The translations under genes and the position numbers were made by a program. A stretch of DNA of 64,000 nucleotides from Podarcis gaigeae (lineage: Eukaryota): the NCBI GenBank assembly GCA_964106915.2, contig OZ066915.1. One strand, written 5' to 3'. Under the pieces are notes generated by a model. That model did no database searches, was not told the origin of the DNA, and saw nothing but the letters and a program-made list of their open reading frames with translations. Of the stretch, positions 25,474 through 38,700 are shown in pieces (positions within the stretch are counted from its first letter, which is position 1; the number at the start of each line of letters is the position of its first letter).

Positions 25474-28400
25474 AGTTCAGACAAGTCCGCTATCGGGTAA
25501 AAAAAAAACCCCACAGAGACTCTCCGGCCTTCTTCATCACAACTGGTGGTACCGGGACTCTTACCTGATCTGGTTTGAATAGCCAGTTTAGATTATTATT
25601 ATTATTTCCTTTACGACAAAACAAACCAACGAAAGTCAGTATCCTTAAAAAAGATAAAGAAAGCCAGCCAACAGCAGGCGTGTCTACGTTATAAGTGTGT
25701 GATTGAGAGAGTATGAGGGGGTGGGATGCTTCTCTTCCACTTCTGGACCTGTTAGGGAAGAACAAAATGTGAATACGCAGAAAGGAACCCCCCCCCCTTC
25801 ATCAATCAGCGTGGCTTTTCTAATGTATGGTTCACCAAGATTTGTCAGTCAGTGTCGTTGAGTATGTTCTGAATGTGAGTCTTGAGCCCGACACTCGCTC
25901 TTATTACGCGTGTGCGAGCATTCACAGGTAGGGTTTCCCCTCTAAGCAACAGGGTTCCCTGTTTTGTGTGGGGCAGAGTGAGGGAGGGTCTCCATTGCCT
26001 TGGCCTTGGCTTTGTTTGGTCGGTAACCCGGTCCTCAGCAAGAGAGCATTCCAGGAAGCAAAGTCACTGTCCTATATATATCTCGGTTTAGTGTGTTGGG
26101 ATTTTTCATTCTCTGGAGTAAAAGCTTAAGTGGATGTGGCATTCACCTTAAATCAACCGTAACCATTCTGATGGAGAATGGCGAGCCAGTGTTTTATGTT
26201 TGCCAGGGTTTATTTTCAGGGCACACTGGGCGGAAAAAAGTTGAGTACCTAGATAGAGGTTTGCAGCGTATCTATCTCGATAATAATAGGGGTGTCCAAT
26301 ATTTGAAACTTCGAGGTTCAGCTGGCTGTCCCCCGTGCTTGGCGGGTGGGAAATATATTGGTGCTTTACTCGAATGCTCTTCTGGGGGAAAGTCGAGCTG
26401 AGGATGGAATTTTGTAGACATCTACTCCCAAGGCTTTTCCAATGGCAGGCGGTGCCCACACGCGCCCTTCTGCGGATGCCCACTGTACCTAGACCCAGTG
26501 TACCTAGTGGGAATACTTTCAAGTAAACAACGCCTATGATTGGGCTGCAAAACACCAAAAAAAAAGGGGGGAGAAACCCACCTCGAGTTAATCCAATACC
26601 CCATAAAGTGAGGAATGATTTGTCATGTTAGGGTATTATAAAAATGCAACCTTTTCAGAGGCTACAGCTGCAACCCTATACTCCTTGGCATGCTGGGGTT
26701 TAGCAGGGGGGCTTACTTCAGAGTAGACCTGTGTGGAATTGCGCGGTACCTCTCGCGTTCCTAGTCCAGCCGCGCCGCCTGCATGGGTCTCCTCTGTCCA
26801 CAACCCCATAAGCGGGACAGAACGATAACAATAATTTCAAATTGTGTTTTGATAATAGCTCCACTGAAGGAGACTTCGTCCCGCTTATTATGCTACTGTG
26901 TTTATTGATGATCAAGATGGTGGCGAGGGGCGGTGGGGGGATGCCCCCTTTTATACATTAACTATAGTGGCAGCCCCTTGGAGCTAATTAAGCTATTAAT
27001 AGCTTCCCTCCTTCTAAGATAGAGAGTTCTCTTCTGGCATTAAAAACGTTTTCTTTAATGGTGGCTATTTTCGAAATGAATGAGATGTTTCTCCTCTACC
27101 TCCACCACCCCTCCCCTCTTTTAATCTTCCTCATATTTAGTTAGATTTTTATTTTTAATCACGGCAGTTCTCCCTTAAGAATCAAAAATTCTGTCTCTCT
27201 CTCTCTCTCTCTCTCTCTCCCGTGTGTGTGTGTGTGCGCGTGCGTGTGTGTTCTCTCTCACACAGACATACACACACACTTATTTTCATTCCTGATTTTT
27301 CATAGGCAGCAGCTGATGACTCTGAACATTTATGGGGGGTGTCGCCTTATCCCCCCCACACACACACTACAGCCACACAAACGCACGCATTCTGCTTTGG
27401 GGGATATACGGTAATTTCTGCCCAACGCATTCATTCATCCGTCTAACTCCCACCCCCCACCTTCGGTTCCCCTTTGTACTTTCCCCGGTGTAGAACAGTC
27501 CCAGAGCAGGCAAGGGGAAGCGCAGAGCGGGTCGCCTTGCCGGTCAGCTCCTGCCTCAGACAACCATTAGCTTTCCTAATAGCTCTGCCAGGCTAGGGCA
27601 TTGCTTAAACTCCCATTCCTTAAATTCCCACTCAATGCGGGGAGGAAGGCGCGCGGGGAGGCGGCAGACAAGGGTTGTTCCACCGTGGAAGTAACCCGAC
27701 AGGAATCTCTCTCCCTGTCAGCCCGTTAAATGATTGACTTGGGAATAAGTTCCCTTGATATTCCTGGTACTTATTCCATCGGGGTCCAGGAACCTATTCT
27801 CGTTCTGTTCTGCTGGTTTCCTAATTGCATACTTTTAAAAAAAAAATGTCGCGGGCGGGGGGGGGGGGTTGGAGCGGCCGGGAACTGGACGAAGAGACAA
27901 ATGAGCCACAACAGCAAAGTAGGGTGAGGGGGGTCAAGACGGTCTAAGCGGCGAGTTTTGCTACGACAGGCTTTGCTCCATTCGTTTTTATATCGGAGGG
28001 GATTAATTTTATGACAAAGGCAACGTTTTCCTGGGCCAGACTCAATTGTCACCACGTGGCTCCCCGTCCCGGCGTTCATGGTCATGGCCGGTGGCAGGAA
28101 TGCTTCGCCTTTACGAGCTGCAAAGGATGCCGTCTAGTCCTTAAAATGCCTCTGTGTGTCCCCCGCCCCGCTCATTCTCCGCCCTTGCAAGCCTTATATT
28201 TAGGTCTGCTTGCCATGGCTGTGCCATCGTTCCTTGTCTTTAGTCCGCTTTCCCCCTGCCCCCCCCCCCCCAATATCCAGAGTTTTGAGAGGTCCCCCAT
28301 CCCAGTATCACCCTTTTGGTATATCAAGTCTCCCCTTTACAAACTCTAACCTTTGTAAAAGAAGAGGCATCCCAGTCACAATTATGTGCAATAGATTGGG

Positions 28401-31400
28401 GGGGGGGTGAGAGACATCCATATATTTTCCCCCCAGTTATGTGCAATGAACAGAGCACATGTGGGTGTCTGTGTTGTTAGGCGGCTAAATGTGGAGGACG
28501 CCTACCTATTTCTCCAAAAAGGTACCTTGAAGAACAGAAAACTGTAGGCTTCAGTCTAACGCTATTCCCGTTGTCTCCAGCCTGTGCTTTGCCTCCTTCG
28601 TGCAGAGCAGTCCGATGAAACCGCTTAAGCCGGTAGCGCTGTCATCATCCATTTTGTCCCAGTTTTCTCAATAATATTAACAAGAAAGAAGCAGCATTTT
28701 CGGTCAAAATAACGACTTTCAGCCAACTGAAATGTCATGGGGTGTGTTGCATAAATCTAGAAGGGAAGTCTTGTGTCTGTGCGGTAAAGGAGGAACATGT
28801 TCGAGGAATCAGACTTATCAGTATTGTACTTGGTTTGCTACCTTCGCTTCCTCTTGAAAAGATGTGAGATGTCACTCGCTGGCAAAAGGTTGCGTTTTGG
28901 AAGGGGTTGGCGGGGCTGGCTTACCAGGGTTTTGAACGTTTAAGGGGCAATGTTATAACGCAGCGTTCGGTTACAATTGTGGCAGGCGACAGACAGAGAG
29001 AAAGAGACTGTCTTGATGTTAATATTTTACGCGCCGAGAGCGATTTCTATCTACAGCGAAGGAGTTTTACGCTTAGAAATACAATACACAACCCACCAGC
29101 AAGAATCTTGAGACCTGAGAATGGTCTCCTTGGTGTGTAACTGCACATAACAGGCGATTCTCAGTTGCCACTTCAACGATTTTTTTAAAGGGAGGGGGAG
29201 TGATAATTTAAAATTTGAAAATGAAGAAGTTGAAATATATGCAATATTCTCGTTCAGATTGCATTGAAGTATTATTATTCCGTGTGAATTCTGTTCGTCT
29301 TGTGTTAGTTCCCGGTGTCTGTGGCTCGGTCCTTCGCTTGTTATTCTCTAGTCTAGTTTCCTGCTGTTGTTAAATATGCATCGTTGGCAATATAGTCCAT
29401 ATGTAATGTTTCTTACCTCAAGCTATTATATGTAGGGCCTATGCAAATGTCTGTCCATAGCACGTTCCCCCGGCTTTATATAGTCATGTAAAAAGTTGTT
29501 TCACAATAATGATGATGATAATAATAATAATGATAATAATAATAATAATAAATTGAATGTATTATTATGTGATTTCTGATAATAAATAAAATGTTTCAAA
29601 CCTCTGGTTGGTGATTTCCTATCGACTGTTGGAGGACCGAGAGAGCTTAGTAAAAGAGTAGCGCGCACACAGAAATAAGCCAATGAAACATTTGGAGGTA
29701 TATAGATCATGTTTCCCTTAAAAAAATAATTAAGTGGATATATAAAATAGGTTGTAAAGTAAGGGGTGCCTCGGAGCACAATGATAACTATAATTAAAAA
29801 AAAAACACCAAGAAGATAAGAGAGTAAATGAATCTGGGATGTTAACGTTTAATGCGAATACAAGGGGTTTTTTTGGGGGGGGGTCTTCTGATGGCCTTGC
29901 TTATAAACGGAATCATTACTGATATTTTGTTCTCTGGGAAAGAGATGTGTCACCAGTCTATTTCTTTTTGTCCCCTTTCAGGAGCAACTGAGGCCAAGAC
30001 AAAGTTCCCCTAGATTAAAGAGGGAAGATATTTATTTATTTAAAATAACATGGATGTTTTTTTTTTAATTAAGAGACACTTTTATTTAAACCTGCAACTC
30101 TTGTAATATAAACAAAAACAAAACAAATACCCCACCTCCAAAACAAAGCACAAAAACCCTCACGAGCCTTGGATTCGATCTTCTTCAATAAGCCCATATT
30201 TAATTCCTCCCGTTGGCTTCGTGTTTTATTCTCTCTTCTGAATATCCAGCCAGGTGCCTTTATAGCAGCGATTCCACAGAGTCAATTTAAATTTCATGAA
30301 TTGTGTAGGTTGTATGAGTGGTAGGGGATGGGGGTGTATGTATGTATGTATGTATGTATGTATGTATAGGGAGAGAGAGAGGTGGAATCTTCCTCTGGAA
30401 AGGAAGATTTACATGTAATGGCTTTATCCACCTTTCAGGTCTTCGGTTCAACCATAAAGTTTAGTGGCGGCTGGAGCAATGCATTAATACACACACCGGC
30501 AGGCGCGCGCACGCCAAAACCCTTTTAAAAGATCAATAAGTGGATTGTGAAGGGGAAGAGGGAGAGACCATCTCCAAAAAGCGGATCAAGAACTGCTCAT
30601 CCCCATGTAGAATCCTTTGCTCCTTCGGCTCTTAATAAGTAGGAATAGGATAGGTGTGAGCTTATGCCAGTCAATTCTCTCCGCTTTCTTTAGTCCTGTT
30701 ATTAGAAGAAGGCACTTCCTTGCAAAGAGGTCCTGTGTTCTTATGGTATAGGTGCATTAAGGAAAGAAAAAGATTGCGCGAAGGCAATTGTTAGAGATCG
30801 GTGATGCACTTTGCTAACTCCTCTCTCCTCCCCCCAACCCGCGACGCCCCCTTCTGAACATACACAATATTGACGCGCCAGAGAGGCTGCTTGGCTTGTG
30901 GTGTGCAGGAGCTGCAATTGTGACCAAACGACACTCGCACACGTATCGGTAGCAGAGACGGATCATGGGGGATGCATTGATTTGTATACTGTGTGTGCAT
31001 AATATTATTTAAAAGGTGAACATACAAGGTTTGGTCAGCCTCCTCTTATTTGTCGGCAACAGCATCCGATTGAATTCAGCTCTGACCCCATCGCAGGCAT
31101 TTAAAATACTGGGTGGAGCTGCGGGTGTGTGTGTGTGTTTGTGTGTGTGTTTGCGCGCGCGCGAAATTAATAGGAAATCCTTCATAAAGTCCAGGAAGAA
31201 ATTATAACAGCGGGCTATGAGTTAAAATTTAATGACACGAATGATATAAAACGTTGCTTCTTTGTTCATAGGGCTATAGTGCCTTTGTAGGTGAACATTC
31301 TACATTTGGAACTCGATATAGTTCAGTACCTGGGCTGGATATGAGCCCAGAAGCTTTTAGGATGTAATATCCATTTCAAGGGAAACTATTTCTATGATAC

Positions 31401-31702
31401 ATCAAGAGTAATTGAGATCTATGGGAAGTTGCAAGACAACGGGGCCCTGATCCTTTAAACATTCACCGATTCCTCTAATATTCACACTGTTCCCCTTAAG
31501 AATCCGGCCCAAATTTATTTAAATGCTAATAATGGCGGCTATGGATGCCTCGAGGTATAGATAGGTAACTCTTGATTCCCCTAGCACAGAAAACTCTATG
31601 TGCGTTCTTTTCCTTGCAATAATTCAAGCCTAAGGTGCTTATCTGGAAGCAAGTTTCGCTGAGGGCTAGTCCCTGGTACAAACCTCGCTGCGGCCCTTAA
31701 GA

Positions 31703-32010
31703 GTTCAATTCTCTACATGCCTACTCAGAAGTAAGCCCCATTAAGTTCAATGGAATTAACTCGCAGCTAAATTTGTGTAGCGTTATAGCCTAGCAGGCGC
31801 TAGGCAAGCTGTTACCATGGCAACCTCACCTTGCTCACCTTTAATAACACTGACCTACCGTACAAGGTTGTTGTAGCGATTGAAGTGCTCAGAACACTCA
31901 AAAGAGCTAGCAGCAGCAGTAATACCGTCTCTATGCACACTTTACTAGGGAGTAACCTGCATTCAACTAAGTGGGGCTTACTTCTGTGTAAGGACGCAGA
32001 GGACCTTGGT
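31703..32010. mobile_element. Two ~90-bp palindromic element copies (31703-31790, 31930-32010)
   Basis: CCTACTCAGAAGTAAGCCCCATTAAGTTCAATGG and CTATGCACACTTTACTAGGGAGTAACC...GTGGGGCTTACTTCTG share the family pattern. Confidence 0.55.
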
Positions 32011-34586
32011 GTATCTCTGTAGGACTTTCTTTCAAGTGCATCTGTTTAGGGGTGCCCATCTCACTGAATCACTCCCCACCGTGCTTTCAAGAGCTGTCAT
32101 TCACCACCATTAAAATCAATTGGAGACTTGCCCTTGGCTTCAAAAGGATATAGATTTCACTCACAAGGTTTCTCTTTTATTTTTTCACTCTCATTTCTTC
32201 GAAAGAAGTACCCACACAAATATCATTTCTGCCTCTTTTACTGGAGGTGTGCACGGAACGTTGGTTGTCATATGAGGACTGTTAAGGGCTCCACAGAAGT
32301 GAATAGGGTTCTGGATCATCTCCAACAAGCCTAGATTGTATATAGAGGCATAAATTGTGTAGAAAATTGTGGATCGGTTCACCTTGAAGAGGGAATGCTT
32401 GGTTCCAAAGATGCTTAAACACTCACCCAAATAGATAAAACTTATTTATTACCAGTGAGTGGCTAGGACAAATTGTTGCTCGCAGTAAAAGTGCGTATTG
32501 TTCCTCAGCTTGCTTGCTGCTTCTGCTGCTGCTTTTTTTTATATAGGGGTGTATTTCATAGCTATGGCTTTAAAATGAATTCATTAAGAAGCGGAAAGTA
32601 TAACCCCATCTCCTGAATTGCAAGGAATAATTCTGCCTTCAAGAGAATAAGGGGGGGAAACCCCAACAACAGGCACACACCCAGTTAAGTTGTATTTCAA
32701 CAGTGCAAATTATTCCAAAATTATGGGAAATATGCAAAAGCGCATAGGCTTGATCCAAAAACAAGTAATGCTTTATCTTTATCATTATTAGTATTATTTT
32801 ACTATAGGTGTTCTCTATACTGAAAGGGTTGTGAGCAAATGTTTTATGTGTTATCGAGGGGAAATAGAGAATTTACCCTCTGGGGCTGAACATATGCACA
32901 TAATAGTCATTGTTCAGCGCAGAAAGATGGTGCAAAGAGTAATTATATATTATAGATCTGAAGCGATGCATGCTAGTCCCAAGAAAACCCCAACGATGTG
33001 TTTTGCTTGCTCGCCAGTATCAGGTAAGCCCCACACGCATCACCACCACAACTACCACCCAAAATTCAGGATCGGTTTAACAGGATGTCCTTTTCCTTCT
33101 TACTAAACCACCACCAACAGCAGCAGCAGCAGCAGCAGCATGTCGCATTATGCATAGTTATTCCAATGGAACTTGTTCCCAAGTAAGAAGGCAGCTTTTA
33201 CGATCCGGATAACAACGCTAACAAGTATTTGACACATTTCCTTCAAGTTACCAAAGTAGGGAAATGTTAGCGTGGTTTTTTTTTAAAAAAAAGTGCAAGC
33301 CAGTGATTAATTTTTTTATTATTATTTTAAATTATTAAAACGCCATTGTCTCGTGCTAATGTGCAAATGTGGAATACTGGTTGGCCTGCCTCCGCTTTCT
33401 GTCTGTCCGTCTTATCCATCTGTCTGTCTCTCTCTCTAATCCCTGTATCTATCTTATATTTCGGTAAGCTTAGCCTCTGCAGTGACTGCCACATATCTAC
33501 TTACTGAGAATTCATAATCGGTGCTATTTTGAAGCATATATAAGACAGTTGAAATACTGTTTCTCGCGGTTTCCCGGGCGCACGGGGTGTCTTCCCTCTT
33601 GACAAATGGTCCCTCGCTTGGGGGTCAGCAAGCTTTGGTCTTGCACTTCACGGAGGATCTGCGGCAAAGCTATCTGTCTGTCTCTTCCCTTGCCTTGGCT
33701 TTCATCCCGTCAACGGCTGCGGCCAAAAATGTTTTGCAAACATTCCCATGCTCTTCTGGTATTTTGGAAAGACCCCGCAGACTGAAGAGAAAGCAAAAAA
33801 GATAACATAACAAATCTCGTCGTGAAGGGCATTAAAAAAAATGAAAATCCATTATATAGGGTCATTCGCTCGTGTATGACACTAGGCGCCATTTGCCACG
33901 TACAAACTGTGTCTATTTTCGAAAAAGGGTAGGTTTTGTTACGAATGCATCTTCTTTAGGGACACCGAATAGCAAAGGGCGATCAGAAGATTGGGGCCAG
34001 GCGTGTTCCGGAGGAAATATTATAGCCCTCATTATTAATCTCTCCAACCTTTTTAAACGGGTAGCTTAAAAATGAATACTTACATAACATTATGTAAACA
34101 TTAATATGGCACCCTATATTAATGCCACCCTAGGTACGCTATCATATAGGTGCAATGTGGGAGTAGTAGAGTTAGTTATACAAAGGGGCATGATCTACTC
34201 AAAATTAAAAGCTCTTTGAGTTAATCAGGTGTTTAACTCTGATTACCCTACTGTAATCAACAGGACTTTAAAGTGGTTACCTTTTCTTGGATTCTTCATC
34301 ATGATAATGATAGATCCTATCCAGTCAGAGTTAAACACACTTTAAGTCCCATTGTTTCCCATTTGAGAGGGCTAACACATCAGAAGAGCTTAAAACCACA
34401 TCAGAGAGGACTCTTAGATGCTGCTTAATGAAAGCAACATCTACTTTCCCCTCATTTCTGATTTTATTTCAATACTAGTCCTCAGCCACACCAGAAGAGA
34501 TATCCCTGGAGGGGTAAATAAATACCTTAACAGCACTGATGTGGGCATACCTCTCTTCAGCAAATGCAAACACAGAGGATCAAATC

Positions 34587-35015
34587 CTGTAGTGATGTAT
34601 GGAAGTGAGAGCTGGACCATAAAGAAGGCTGATCGCCGAAGAATTGATGCTTTTGAATTATGGTGCTGGAGGAGACTCTTGAGAGTCCCATGGACTGCAA
34701 GAAGATCAAACCTCTCCATACTGAAGGAAATCAACCCTGAGTGCTCATTGGAAGGACAGATTGTGAAGCTGAGGCTCCAGTATTTTGGCCACCTCATGAG
34801 AAGAGAAGACTCCCTGGAGAAGACCCTGATGTTGGGAAAGATGGAGGGCACAAGGAGAAGGGGACGGCAGAGGACGAGATGGTTGGATAGTGTTTTCGAG
34901 GTTACCAGCATGAGTTTGACCAAACTGCGGGAGGCAGTGGAGGACAGAGGTGCCTGGCGTTCTCTGGTCCATGGGGTCACGAAGAGTCGGACACGACTAA
35001 ATGACTAAACAACAA
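34587..35015 (+). mobile_element. BovB (RTE-clade) LINE, 5'-truncated 3' end
   Basis: Uninterrupted translation VVMYGSESWTIKKADRRRIDAFELWCWRRLLRVPWTARRSNLSILKEINPECSLEG...WRSLVHGVTKSRTRLND is the BovB RT C-terminus. It ends in a (CAA)n tail, with candidate TSD CAAATC at 34581-34586 and 35016-35021. Confidence 0.95.
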
Positions 35016-35138
35016 CAAATCAGCCCAGGAGGTGTAACCATCAACTAGCTCCCCTGGGAAGTGGTCTGCCCTGCCCACTTGTTTGGAAGTGAGATTGCAA
35101 TTGAAGCTATGTGCCAGCATTTACTCAGAGTTTAGGGC

Positions 35139-35390
35139 CAGGAGGTCAGCAACCTTTTTCAGCCATGGGCCTGTTCACCGTCCCTCAGACCATGTGGGGG
35201 GCCAGACTATATTTTGGAGGGGGGAAATGAATGAATTCCTATGCCCCACAAATAACCTATAGATGCATTTTAAATAAAAGGACACATTCTACTCATGTAA
35301 AAACACACAGATTCCTGGACCGTCCGCGAGCCAGATTGAGAAGGTGACTGGGCTGCATCTGGCCCCTGGGCCTTAGGTTGCCTACCCCTG
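35139..35390. mobile_element. Non-autonomous hAT-type DNA transposon (MITE)
   Basis: Imperfect TIRs CAGGAGGTCAGCAACCT ... AGGTTGCCTACCCCTG, subterminal GGGCC repeats, and a degenerate 8-bp-type TSD (GTTTAGGGC / GATTAGGC). Confidence 0.8.
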
Positions 35391-35596
35391 GATTAGGCAA
35401 ACAGAGGTCCCTGAAATTCCCTAGAAGCCATGGCCCCAAAACAGTCTTTTCTGAATACACCTGGAGCACTGTAGACATTGTGCAGGGCTAGCCTATGCTT
35501 GGGCCTTCTGTTGTCATCCCAGTGTGCAATTCTGGTCCTCATTCTCTTCTTCCTCACCCTGAGACTGCAGTCCTATATACACCATCAATAGTCTAC

Positions 35597-35718
35597 TGTG
35601 GTGTTCTGCAGATGTTGGACTCCAACTCCCATCATCCCTGACCATTGGACATGCTGCCTTGGACTGATAGGCTTTGGCAGTCCACCACACCTGGAGGGCA
35701 CCACGTTGCCTAACCTCA
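35597..35718. mobile_element. Degenerate hAT-like MITE with internal palindrome
   Basis: CAGATGTTGGACTCCAACTCCCATCATCCC ... GGACTGATAGGCTTTGGCAGTCCACCACACCTGGAGGGCACCACGTTGCCTAACC has self-complementary arms and a hAT-like right end. It resembles an abundant squamate MITE family (from memory). Confidence 0.6.
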
Positions 35719-38700
35719 AAGAGGCTCACTTCTGAGTAGGTGTGTATTGGAATGCGCTGCGAGTGAGTCCAATATTTTATTCTCAAAGTGGAAATCTGCT
35801 AAACAAAATCTCGGCTGATACATTATCATCTTACACTGTCCCTAGCGACACTGCACTCTTTTAAGTAACATGTGCCATTATCATCAATATGCCAGCGCAC
35901 CTTTTACTGAGTATTTTCTCCCCCTTTTATATGGGTGGGTTCATAAATACACAATCAAGACAGAGTGGGAATAATTAGCAATGTTTACCAACATATGCCA
36001 CCCACGCCACCTTTGAATCCATCTTACACTCCGGGATTGGGAAATGAAATAGAATACGAGTAATTAGTTTTAAAGCAAATCATTTCAAATGGAAACTTAT
36101 AGGTAATGCCTAATGAACTGCAGAGGGGGTAAAAAAATAAACCCTGATTTTTATATGACTTGGTTGGTAGCAAGGAGACACAGCAATATTTTACTGTTGA
36201 GAGAATAAATTAATTAATATGTCTGTAGCAACCAACTGCAGTGGCTTCATGGTTGACTGCATTTAAACGAGATATATGTATCAAGCCTCGCTGGTGTTGT
36301 TAACAAGAGTGATAATAAAGATGAAAAGGATAGGAAAGATACAAAGATGGATACATTTGTATTCCTTGCAGGAGCCATAAGAGTTTGCTTAGAATTTCTT
36401 ACAGCCAGGCTTTGTTTCTGCGAGATTATGTTAACCAGCAGAGTTGATGAATCAATTAAAGAAAACCACTCACTTATCAACCAACAAACTAACAACATGA
36501 GGTTATGTCTACGTGTATCTCCTAATAACCTTAATTTGAAAGGAAATGTGCACACATTCTAGCTTGAGTTAAGGTCTATGGAGTTCTATAGAGTTCAGAG
36601 AGATGTGCTCCCTCATCCTACCCCTATTTACTTATTCCCAAGTAAATGTGTCTGCCTATAACTATAAAGCAAGTGTTTAAATCTCTCCCACTTGAAAGCG
36701 ATAATTTTTGCAGCCGGATCCTATCCAGTTTTACTCAGAAGCAAGTTGACGCTTAACTTGGACTGAGTTGTTCTCCTATATTTGGAAACGCTAGGGCTTT
36801 CCCATAATTAAGAGTGAAGGTGGCTTTAAAAACTCTCCTTTTATGGCATGCCCAAAAGTTAGAAATCTCATTTGCCTTTCTGGAACCCAAATAAGACCGT
36901 ATTTGCATTTAAGAATCTTTGTTTATGGTTGGCTGGGCCTGAAACAGACAGGCTAAAAATACTTTCCCCCTTTAATAAAGTGATGTGATGAAGGCCTTGT
37001 GGTAGTTGATTGTTGTTATGCAAGCAGCCTGGGCTATATCTGAAGATCTGTTAAGAATCACAGCCAACATTAATCTTCCCAAGGGGGGGCGGGGAACCAT
37101 CTTTGTAGTTGTATCCAATACCCGCCTTTACCTTCTCCAAAACCAGTGTTCGCTGGAGATGAGATGATAATTAAAGGGCATGTGAAAATTCATCTCATTG
37201 TGATGAAGAACTATTAATCTATTATGAGGCTGTGTGAGGTTTTGAGGAAGAAAGAATCATTAGTATTATTATATGAAATAGGGTGGGGTAGGAGGGAGTC
37301 CTAATAACGAACAGCTAGCGCCTTCCTAGACTCACCATCAAAATCTGCGAGAGCTCTGCCATTTACTGCAGTCGAAGAGGGAGTTCCACCGAATTGTCCT
37401 TTAAAGGTTGCACAATCAGCAAAGTCCTGCTGCCGGCATCCCTTGTGTCCCTCGAGAATTCCTGACTGAGTGGGGGCAAAATATTTGCACATATTCTGCA
37501 TGCGTTTGCGTGGTAGTGCAAATTTTGGGCCAGTGAGGGGCCATACAAAGCAGCCATAGGAATAAAGGAATAAATATTCAAAGGAACAAATCCAGAGCTC
37601 TGGATGTAAATGACAAAGGAGAACGCATGTACTCCGTCTCAGAGGTACACGTAGGGCCACCAAACGAAGGGCTTGAAACACCCACAAAACACACCTCCCA
37701 GTAGCTGCTGCTACTAAAATCAAAGGGAGAGTCCAGCTTTGAAATGAAGGCGACGATTAGCCCGCCAAGACCGGGCAATACTGTAGGTGGTTGTGTTTGC
37801 CGACAGAGACTTGAACACGTTCACCCTTTTTCATGCTTATGATGAGTCTGATTAGAATGTTGTGTTTCTCCGCGCGCGCACACACACAAATAAACAAACA
37901 TGCTCTGCTTGCTATGCCAGTTATTTGCGTCAGAATGCAGTGATACAATATCAGCCTAATAATACCTATGTTTACTGCCTCCTCTGTATTCCTGAAAGGG
38001 CAGGATCCAGTCAAAGTGGAGCGCTTGTAAGTCCCCTTGTTGTCGATTAAGCAATTCCTCATTGAAATTAATTGGTCTTTGGTCGTGCCTTTCCTAGTTA
38101 CTCATCTATATAAACGACTGGCGGCGTTGCATCAGTGAAGTATGCGGCGCTGATTTTAAAAGTTCTGAGTTTGTGAAAGATGCAATAACTTGGTGGCCAT
38201 TATTACTCGGTTGGTTTAAAGGGGGATAAAATGACTTAAATGGAGACGATCGCCTAATACGTGCAGTGGATCGGGATCCATGACCCATCTATCGATAGCG
38301 CTCCATTATGTCTAGGTAATTGACAAGCAAAAAGGTATGTTAAATAAATTATATTGTTTGATCAGGTACAGTCTCGATTCCTCCCCCCACTCCCAGCCGC
38401 CGCCACCATACAAGGCTGAACTCCCCGCACTGACAATCACGGACCGAGCGTTTTCCTGGGCCCAAACACAGCATTTCGAAAAGTAAAACCTATTTTCTGC
38501 ACTCTGACAAACTTTTTGCCACTGTTGTGATTTGGCTGCTGCGGAAATGGCGAGTCAGGAGACTCTCGTTGCCTTCCTTAAAAAGGAAAGAAGGAAGGCT
38601 ACTCGCGCTTTCTTTTAACACTTTCCATTTCAGATTGACGTAAACAAAACATTCTATAGATTTAAATAAAAGCAGAGGCGATTTTTAAAATGATCCCCTG

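Noticed and set aside
34418-34586. N-terminal 56 codons of the 196-aa ORF fused to BovB RT
   Set aside because: Lies outside the TSD-defined element and is a chance open frame in flanking DNA. The antisense ORF 34441-34980 is likewise a shadow of BovB.
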